This document shows positions 56,141-64,000 of a DNA stretch of 64,000 nucleotides, piece after piece (the stretch's first letter is position 1; each line of letters opens with the position of its first letter). The DNA is from Neophaeotheca triangularis. Taxonomy: Eukaryota. A program made the translations under genes and the position numbers. The stretch covers positions 496,001 to 560,000 of the forward strand of contig BAAIJX010000007.1 in NCBI GenBank assembly GCA_054600435.1. The letters run 5' to 3'. A model generated the notes under the pieces. That model was not told the origin of the DNA and did no database searches. It saw only the letters and a list, made by a program, of their open reading frames with translations.

Positions 56141-58988
56141 CTAGATGCCGAACCCAGAGAAAGCGTTCTGCAGAGCGACAAGCTCCTCACGGCCCAAAGA
56201 CCTAAGCAGGCCCTCCAAAAATCCCCACTCTTTCTCCGCGGCCTCGCTCATCTTGAGGGAAGCAGGGTCCTCGCCATAATCGATAGTGACTTTGCCGAAA
56301 GGCAAGTTGGCGAAGTGAGGGTTCTGCTCGGCGAAAGCGCGAGAGGCGGCGCAATTGGCGAGGGAGAGGTCCTGGCGGCCTTCACGCATGAGGGTGGCGT
56401 AGTACTAATCCATCACTGTTAGCGCATTGTTCTGCCTTCGTAGATTTAGAGCTACTACTCACCTCGATAACCTCAGCGCTCGAATCCGGCTTCAAAGCCA
56501 GCACCTTGAACGGCCACTGCGCAGAGTACGGGTGGATCCCACCGAAGCGCACAGAATGGCCCGTGGCAGACGCAAACTGGCCAAAACCACCCCAAAAGAG
56601 AAAGTAGACGAGGTCAGCCTTCTGCACCTCGTTGAAGCCGGGACAACCAAGAGCAGCCATCGTCAACTCCTGCAAAACCTGTGGCGTGAGGGACTCCGCA
56701 TTGTCGTTGCGACCATCGTGGAGACACTTGACAAGAGCGTGGATGAGATCTCTGGTTGTGATGAAGAGTCTGTCACGGTCCTTGATGGCGATGTGCTCGG
56801 TGTGAGCCCATGGGTACTTGTGCAGAGTGGAGATAAGGCACTCGTAAGTACGGGTACGCGAGCGCTGGGCGTAGACGGACTTGAACAGTGTTAGTGGATG
56901 CTCCTGCTCACAAAAGGGTGACACTACTAGAACATACCCTATGAGGCACCTCCGCATGCTTGGTCATCATGACATTTTCCTCGCTGGTCAAGAATCCACG
57001 GAATCCGGAAGCGAAGACACCAGGGCGGAACTGCTCTGTGGTCGTGCCAATGATGGGTTTGGTGCCCTGCCAGGTGACGCACTTTGCACGAGGAAACAGC
57101 TCCTTCATCAACTCTGCCTGGCTGCTGCGCTCAATCTCAATGGCGCGATCACCGACCTTGATTGGGCGGCGTTGGCTGTAGAAGCGAGTCTCAAATTGTT
57201 CCATCAGCCTTTCGACCTCCTTCTGGTCTTCAAGCTCAACGTAGGCGTCCATGGTCTTCCCGGACATGCGCTCCATGATGATGTGGACAGCAAAGTAACT
57301 CGAGCCACGAGGCATCGTGACGACCCGAGCCCGGCTGCCCAGGCTGGCAAGAACCTCGCTGCGGGAGGCAGTGAATGGAATCTGCGGATGAAGAGTGTTA
57401 ATAATCTTGCAATTTGTCAGCGTAGGTAAGCTTTGGTGTCACTCACGTTTTTGATCTTGATCACTTGAGCCTTGGTAGGGCGGATGTAAGCCTTAGGTTC
57501 GACAAAGGGGAGGGTTTCGGTGAGCTGCTGGTAAGTAGGCTTATAGTGTCCAGCTAGGGCGGCGTGAAGCCACGTCGGGTTTGGCGCAATAACCAAGGTG
57601 TTCGAGAGAGCCCGGGTGTGCGAGACTTGGTTCTCTGGGATGCTCGGCATACTGTCCCTGGCATGATAGCCCGACACACTCTGGTGGCGACCCATACCGC
57701 GTCCATTGTCGTTGCTGCCAGAGTTGTAGCGAGAGTGTCCACCACGACCTTGAGCTGTGTTGCGACGACGACCTCCACGACGAGAACCGTAGTTGTCGTC
57801 ATCATCGTCATCGTAGATAATGCCGCCCCTCTTGATGAGGTCTACAAGGTATCTCGCCCTGTTTTGTTGCTCGCTGGCTTCAGAGGGCATGGGCGTCAGT
57901 ACTGAAGGGGGCGAACTTTCGATTCCGGCTTTGGACTTACCATATCCGCCAAATTGAGGGCTTCCCTGCTGCATCGTGCCATGAGTGGGGCGAGGAGCCT
58001 GCTGAGGGGGACAATTATGCATTCCCAGTCGCATTCCCGTGTCCATTGCACCGTTCATGGCCATACCCGTACCCATGCCCATGCCCATGCCACCCATACC
58101 CATGCCACCCATACCCATGCCGCCCACTCCAATGTTTTGCTGCTGAGGGCTGCCAATAGCCATCGGCAGACCTCCATTGTAGTTGTTGTAGGCGTAGTTA
58201 AGACCCTGCTGCCTGTGTTCGCCACCTGGGAAAAGGTTGGTGCCTTGGGGGAAGTGTGGATTCTGCTGCAAGTACCCGCCAGCCTGAGGGGCATTGGCGT
58301 TTTGCTGGAAGTGAGGAGCTTGCTGCGCAGGACGGCCCTGTTGCGGCTGCTGAAGCTGCTGTTGCAACTGACTTTGGTGCGCGTAGTGACCGTGCTGTAC
58401 GTAATGACCTTGCTGCGGCTGCTGAAGCTGCTGTTGCAACTGACCTTGGTGCGCGTAGTGACCGTGCTGTACGTAATGACCTTGCTGCGGCTGCTGAAGC
58501 TGCTGCTGGCGCTGACCTTGGGGCAGGAAGTGGCTCTGCTGTGCGTAGTGACCCTGCTGAGCGTAATGGCTCTGCTGCAAGTATTCACCTTGCTGCGAGC
58601 GTTGAAGCTGCTGCGAGTACTGATCCTGTTGCGAATTACCGCCCGCTGGCACAAGATCGTGGAACATGTGGTTATCCCCATGTCCACTATTGCTGTTAGC
58701 ATGGTTGACTGGAAGCCTAGGTAGTGGTTGGCTCAGGGGCGCTTGCGATTGGAAGCTCCAGTCGGACGCAGTAGATGGCGCGCGAGACACTGGGCGAATG
58801 GGGTCCTTGTCGCTCTCTTCGTAGTATTCGGGAACGCTGGAGGTGAATTGGGGTGTCGGCATGGACTGGAAGGGTTGTGGCGTCATGGAGCTGAAGCCGT
58901 GGGTCTGCCTCACTCCACCACCGAGCACATTGCTGCGGCGGTCAGAGACTGGCGCGGTCTGGCGCCTCAGCTGGCCGTTGTACGCCAT
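56141..58988 (-). CDS. RRM (hnRNP H/ESRP-like quasi-RRM) protein with Q/G/H/Y-rich N-terminus, possibly SAD-7 family
   Basis: Introns 57446-57382, 56937-56880 and 56462-56405 join four ORFs in frame. VIKIKNIPFTASRSEV (RNP2-like), VHIIMERMSGKTMDAYVEL (RNP1-like), VGDRAIEIERSSQAELMKELFP, then GFLTSEE and YECLISTLHKYPW. Confidence 0.8.
58060..58126 (-). repeat. Coding Gly-Met repeat (GGMGM)n
   Basis: cccatg/cccata 6- and 15-nt units encoding GGMGMGGMGMGGMGMGMGTGM. Confidence 0.8.
58338..58570 (-). repeat. Coding 72-nt tandem repeat, about 2.5-3 copies
   Basis: gcggctgctgaagctgctg recurs at 58343, 58415 and 58487 (period 72). The unit encodes QQQLQQPQQGHYVQHGHYAHQ(G/S)QL, built from hexapeptides such as QQGHYA. 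Confidence 0.9.
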
Positions 58989-60227
58989 GTTGGGAAGCGT
59001 ACTGTAAGGTATAAGTCAGTGTGTTGTGGGCAAGTAAGAGTGTTGTCACGTACCTCCTTGTTTGTGTTTTTGTTGTCAGTAAAGTTGGAGGTGTTGTCGG
59101 GTTGAAAGCGTTGCGCAGCGAAGAGCGTGGTTTTGAGGGGGGTGGCTTCAGACAATACACATGCGTCAACACCTCACCTGCACGTGCCTCAGGCCTTCCT
59201 CTCCACGCGAACTTAGGTGCACTTCTAAGTGAGAACTAGCAATAGCAGAGAAAGCATTCGTAAGGGAACAGCGTCGAAGTATGCCAATAGGCTTGCATGG
59301 CGTGGAGGGAATTTTCGCCTAATACTACCCTCCCTGGCATGTACAGAATACTGTCGACCAATGCAAGCAAAGGGTGTGAGGCTGTACTTGCGGCTCTCTC
59401 GGATGTATTAGCCTAGGAAAGCTCCTGAGGATCACCCTTCAGGAAGTGCCAGGTACCAGTAGCCCAGCTCTTTCCGACGCTTTCTAGGGCACCTGCAGAG
59501 CAAAGCTGTCCTACAATCAGGTATCGAGGAGCAGGGATCCCACAGATAGCCACAAGTCTCCTTTGGCCACCGTTCTCATTTACGCTGTTATTCAGGCCGA
59601 AGACAGCGGCTCGGCGGCAACTAAGAGAGCTGACCGAGCGCCCCTGGCCTCCTGCCGTACGTAGCAGATGGGAGAAACAGCCCAATAAGAGTGCATAGCC
59701 TGGTCCGAGACCAATTCATGGACAGAAACGTGTCTGAGGTATCCCGTCCGGAGTCTGCTGGGCACTTCTAAGCTGACTGCGAGCAAGCCTCTGTGAAAAT
59801 CTCCAGCCGAAATATCAGGATGAAAGAGGTGGACTCAGCCGTCACAGGAGCCAGCGACTCCTCGGTTGGATATAGTCAACGGCTCTGGGCATACAGTCTT
59901 TCTCGAATCTTCGCCAGGGGCGGCAGGTCCCCATGCTGGAAAGGCCAGTATGTTGATGACTCTGCCTCCCGTACGATCAGGACGACGTCTCATCTTTGGC
60001 GATGACTTCCGAGAAATCATAGTACAAGCGTCAAGAACATCACAGCAAGAGACAGCGCTATACAAGCGAGGAAAACAAGAAGAGAGGCGAACGAAGAATG
60101 GCTGAAATGTGATACTTGTGCCTTTCCGGTCGGCAACCTCCCTGCGCTTTTCTATCGCTAGTACGCCATGAACCCGAGAATGGATCGGCCTTGGTACTCC
60201 CTCCCCAAGTCTTACCCAGCGCTAGAA

Positions 60228-60996
60228 TCAGTCGAACTGTGCAACATTACATTAGTACTCGCCAAGCTTTGGAAGCAGACCCCCCTTTCCAACGTACCGG
60301 TGTGAGGAAGCTTTCCGCCACGAATCTTGCTCTCGCATTCAGCTATAACGACGAGATTAGCTCTCATGCTTACTAGACAACATTTCCAGCACAAACTTAC
60401 GAAGAGCTTCATCTCCGATATCTCCTTGTCGACCTCTTCCATGAACTGTATTATGAAGTCGACCAGCTTGTGCTTCAGCATCTCCTCGGTATGAAAATTC
60501 GTGATAAGGAATGAGATGTCGTAACCCTGGAAAAACCTGCGCGTCAGCAACAATGACGCCTTCCACCTTCCATCCGTCCCACGCAATACCCTCCGTCGCC
60601 CTTTGAACCTACCGGAACAGGTTTCCTCCGCAGAATGAAGAAAGCCTCCGCCCTTTGCGTCAAGAATCTCGTAAACTTGTGGACCAAAATGTGCTCAATC
60701 TCATCCGCCTGCTTTATCCGAATGCTAACCCGTACGCTGTTGACTGAAGGTTCTACGAGGACACGCTCTTCTTGGTTGCGCGACACGGTGAGGGGATTGA
60801 GGAGGAGCTCGGGGGATGTCTGCGCTTCAATCTCGGGGACATTGTGGCGTTCACTGGCTTGAGAGGCGAAGTCGGAGAGGGAGAGGGCAGCAGTGAGGGT
60901 TTGGCGGACGCAGGAGAGGTAAGGTCGGAGGGATTGAGACTGTTCGCCTGTTAGCTGCTGCTTCAGTCAGAATTGGATTTCAGCGGCGCGCACCAT
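60228..60996 (-). CDS. ARPC4: Arp2/3 complex subunit 4 (p20-Arc/Arc19)
   Basis: Coding exons 60996-60994 (ATG only), 60939-60613, 60526-60401, 60342-60298, 60236-60228 give MSQSLRPYL...ERHNVPEIE...[49 protein letters not shown]...[17 protein letters not shown]. Confidence 0.97.
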
Positions 60997-61396
60997 GATT
61001 GCAGATTGGAGACGCTATCACCACGTCCACTGGTTTGTTCTTTCTAAGTTGGAAAGGCTGCAAGATGTGTTGTGTTCGTACAGTAGACGTCCCGCCCACG
61101 AATGAGGTGACGTTGGCTCTCGCCAAGCCCCGAGAGTCAGCGGGGCAGAGCCTCCAACACGTCCATCACTCACGTCCATCCACCTTCTCCAACTGGATCC
61201 CATCCCATCCACATGCTGCTGCCAAGCCATCCCTTGTTTACAACTATCCATCTGTACACATTCCACTAAGGCCGACGAATGCTCTTCTTCAACAGCGAGC
61301 TTCGATAAAGGGTTGTGGTAGAGACAGTCAATCCGTAGGTTATCGGCAAATCTAACGAACCTGGAAAGCGGGATCGCCTCCCCCTTTCGTTTAACT

Positions 61397-62626
61397 ATGA
61401 ATTTGCTAGACTTACCGCCGGAGCTACTGGATCAGATCATGCACGAGCTCGGAGGCCGCGCACTGAGACGGGGTGTGGGCTCGACTGCCAGGCTCACTTT
61501 ATGCAGAAAGTGGTGTGCCAGCGCGCAGCCCGTATTTCTATCTGGCATCAATTTCGCGCACATCCAGCTCACGAACGCGAAACTTTTTTGTTTTGAAAAG
61601 GAGCTGAATGCCTTTGATTCTCGCTACTCGATGAACAAGAACACTCGAAAACTTCATGTCCGCCTGCTAAATCACCCATGGTATGCTGAAACGTCTGAAG
61701 TCCAAGATCCATGGGGCGATCATGTCGATTGGGCCACCGTGTGTCGCATACCAACTGGGCGTGTTGGATTTTTCTTTGGTAATCCGGAGCTTCCGGTCTG
61801 GAGATCTGAAGAGAAATCCGGTGAATGGCGCCTGAAGCTCAACGAGAAGCTTGTGCGGTTGTTTGGTGGCCTTCGCAACTTTGCCGCGCTCGAGAAGTTT
61901 GCATTGGAAGCGACGAGCGACGGAGAACGAGATGCCCTACCTCCTTGGGACTATTTGCATGCTGAGACCCTGCATGTCCTTCTTGACAATCTCCCTCTTG
62001 CCAGGAGTCTCCGATGCCTTGTCCTTGACACCTGCGGCTCAATACCTGTCGATGTTGATGGAGCGGACAGCAAGCAGCACATGTGTTCTGCTGTTGCAAA
62101 AATCATACCCCAGATTGAAAACGTCCGCCTGCGTATGAGAAAGATGTGCCCGGAACTTCTTGACATCCCGAAGACCGACGCTGCTTGTGTCAGGCTTCGC
62201 AAGCTGATTCTAAAGACGCATCAACCCTTCTTCCCGCCCGCACCGACAATGTTGCCAGTCGATTGCGGCCCCGAATCCATACCAAGTGGCGATCCCTTGC
62301 TACATAAGCGTATTATTGATGCTGTACCTAAATTTCTGAGCCTGCTATCCAGAATGCGGTCGTGTGGCCACAGTCTACTGTCGGAGGGAGATGTCGAGAA
62401 CGTCGACACCGGAAGACGCCCTGATCATGGCCTCAAGAAGCTTCGTGTATCTTATGTGGAAGATGTGGAGCTTAAATACATGGATTGTCTTACCATGACT
62501 ATCATCACACCGTGGACGCAATTTTGCCATTACGAAGACGATGGCACCCCTTGCTGGTTCGAGGAAGAGGACCAGGTTTCATTTATGGGTGCTCTGGGGT
62601 CGGCAGAACCGCTTCGAAGGGAATGA
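61397..62626 (+). CDS. F-box domain protein
   Basis: N-terminal LLDLPPELLDQI...RLTLCRKW, followed by LRR-like segments (LEKFAL, LRCLVLDTCG, IENVRLRM). Confidence 0.75.
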   Translation: MNLLDLPPELLDQIMHELGGRALRRGVGSTARLTLCRKWCASAQPVFLSGINFAHIQLTNAKLFCFEKELNAFDSRYSMNKNTRKLHVRLLNHPWYAETSEVQDPWGDHVDWATVCRIPTGRVGFFFGNPELPVWRSEEKSGEWRLKLNEKLVRLFGGLRNFAALEKFALEATSDGERDALPPWDYLHAETLHVLLDNLPLARSLRCLVLDTCGSIPVDVDGADSKQHMCSAVAKIIPQIENVRLRMRKMCPELLDIPKTDAACVRLRKLILKTHQPFFPPAPTMLPVDCGPESIPSGDPLLHKRIIDAVPKFLSLLSRMRSCGHSLLSEGDVENVDTGRRPDHGLKKLRVSYVEDVELKYMDCLTMTIITPWTQFCHYEDDGTPCWFEEEDQVSFMGALGSAEPLRRE

Positions 62627-63034
62627 TGGACTTGACAGCACCGCTACGGTAGATTTTTTTCGAAAATCTCGTAGAGATAGTATGGCACGCCATGCGCTTG
62701 TGTTCTTCCGAAGTGAATGCTGGGTTCCCCTTTAGTATTAGCGTGCACAAACAGTTTAGAGGCTCCGTCTGTGGTTCAGGTCACCATTTGGTCGTCTTGC
62801 TGAGATCACGATGGAAAGGCTTTTATTGAGATTGAGGTAACAGGGTGGAATAGGACAGCCATTGGAATTCCCGCACAGCCGAGAACCCCTCCATTCAGCT
62901 CTCCACAGTGATCGTCAGCATAAAGGCCAATGGACCACAAGGGACGACCATTGTGCTTTCGAACCCTGTAGCTCGATGTTTCAAACTTCTGCATTCCTAC
63001 GAGCAGCGAGACCAATATTCTTAATAGTGATGCT

Positions 63035-64000
63035 ATGATGTCTGGTCAAGTCAATGGACAACGAAGGGGCGATCCTGGACGTCAGAAACGCCTTGTCCTC
63101 AATGCTTTCGTCGAAATGTGTAAGTATCCCATCAGAGAAATCGCCGGCGGTGCCTCTACTAGATTGCACAGCGCTAACAATGAAATCCCAGGCGCTGGTC
63201 ATCAAAGCCCAGGACTGTGGCGGCACCCGGACGACAGATCCTCAGACTTCAACTCAATCCACCACTGGATCAACCTAGCCAAACAACTCGAAGCCGGCCA
63301 CTTCCAAGGCATCTTCATAGCTGACGTGCTAGGCGGCTACGACGTCTACGGCGGGCCCAAAAATCTCACCCCAGCCATCAAATCCGGCGCCCAGTGGCCC
63401 GTCAACGAGCCCCTAGCGGTCGTCCCCGCCATGGCAGCAGCAACCCAAAGCATCGGCTTCGGCGTCACAGTCTCCACCAGCTACGAGCAGCCCTATCACC
63501 TCGCCCGCCGTCTCAGCACAATCGACCACTTGACCAACGGCCGCGTCGCCTGGAACGTCGTAACCGGCTACCTGGACAGCGCGGCTCGCAACCTTAGCTC
63601 TGGGGATTCACAAGCCTCCCACGACGACCGCTACGCCCAGTGCGAGGAGTACATGTCCGTCGTCTACGCTCTCTGGAACAGCAGCTGGCGCTCTGACGCC
63701 GTGAAGCGCGATCGCAAAACGGGCATCTACACCGACCCGGCGCGGGTCAGGGAGATCAACCACAAGGGCAAGTACTTTGACGTTCCCGGTCCGCACTTTT
63801 CGGAGCCCTCGCCGCAGCGCACGCCAGTCATCATGCAAGCGGGTACGAGCAAGGCAGGGAAAGCATTCGCGGCTCGGCATGCGGAAGCGATCTTTGTGAG
63901 CGCGCACAGTCCTGCTGCGGTGGCGGGGAGTGTAGCGGATATAAGGCGACAGGCTGCGGAGATGGGGAGGGATGGGAAGGAGATTAAGGTTTTGGCGAAG
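63035..64000 (+). CDS. Bacterial luciferase-like FMN-dependent monooxygenase (NtaA/SnaA/DszA family), 3' end outside the window
   Basis: ATG 63035, intron 63120-63191. RLVLNAFVEMCAGHQSPGLWRHP, FQGIFIADVLGGYDVY, EQPYHLARRLSTIDHLTNGRVAWNVVT, INHKGKYFDVPGP, PSPQRTPVIMQAGTS. The frame is open to the window end, so it is missing from the ORF track. Confidence 0.92.
   Translation, partial: MMSGQVNGQRRGDPGRQKRLVLNAFVEMCKYPIREIAGGASTRLHSANNEIPGAGHQSPGLWRHPDDRSSDFNSIHHWINLAKQLEAGHFQGIFIADVLGGYDVYGGPKNLTPAIKSGAQWPVNEPLAVVPAMAAATQSIGFGVTVSTSYEQPYHLARRLSTIDHLTNGRVAWNVVTGYLDSAARNLSSGDSQASHDDRYAQCEEYMSVVYALWNSSWRSDAVKRDRKTGIYTDPARVREINHKGKYFDVPGPHFSEPSPQRTPVIMQAGTSKAGKAFAARHAEAIFVSAHSPAAVAGSVADIRRQAAEMGRDGKEIKVLAK

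Noticed and set aside
58338..58570. Direct repeats that could be mistaken for a CRISPR array
   Set aside because: Units are contiguous, frame-preserving and coding, with no unique spacers and no cas genes. The genome is eukaryotic.
59400..60110. Short ORFs between the RRM gene and ARPC4
   Set aside because: Under 100 codons, no consistent splice model and no recognisable motifs.
63035..64000. Recent horizontal transfer of a bacterial-type monooxygenase
   Set aside because: The gene has a canonical spliceosomal intron and host-like composition, and the family is widespread in filamentous fungi.

Overview
Gene-dense eukaryotic DNA from a filamentous ascomycete. Short GT-AG introns with CTRAC branch points are seen directly; a Dothideomycete/Mycosphaerellales-type genome is an inference. 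About 25 protein-coding genes are supportable: 2-methylcitrate synthase, a Spd1/Dif1-type RNR inhibitor, importin beta-1, a probably peroxisomal SDR, Rdh54/Rad54B, a GNAT, an aspartic protease, an arylsulfotransferase-like protein, PAC4, carnosine N-methyltransferase, ZNF511-like and Est1/Ebs1-like proteins, PEX11, an 11-intron PDR ABC transporter, a SAM methyltransferase, an RRM protein with a repeat-built prion-like N-terminus, ARPC4, F-box proteins, a luciferase-like monooxygenase and several hypothetical proteins. There is one intron-containing tRNA-Thr(UGU) and a decaying pocket at about 33-35 kb with two disrupted genes. No CRISPR array, rRNA, transposase or secondary-metabolite backbone gene was recognised. 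The most interesting candidate is 23113-24129, which has the full architecture of DDRGK1/UFBP1 although Dikarya are reported to lack UFM1. Next are the SAD-7-like RRM protein, an MCB-rich bidirectional promoter driving an uncharacterised KEN-box protein, alternative 3' acceptors in importin beta, and an F-box gene broken only by two in-frame UAG codons. All homology calls come from motif recognition by eye; no searches were run.
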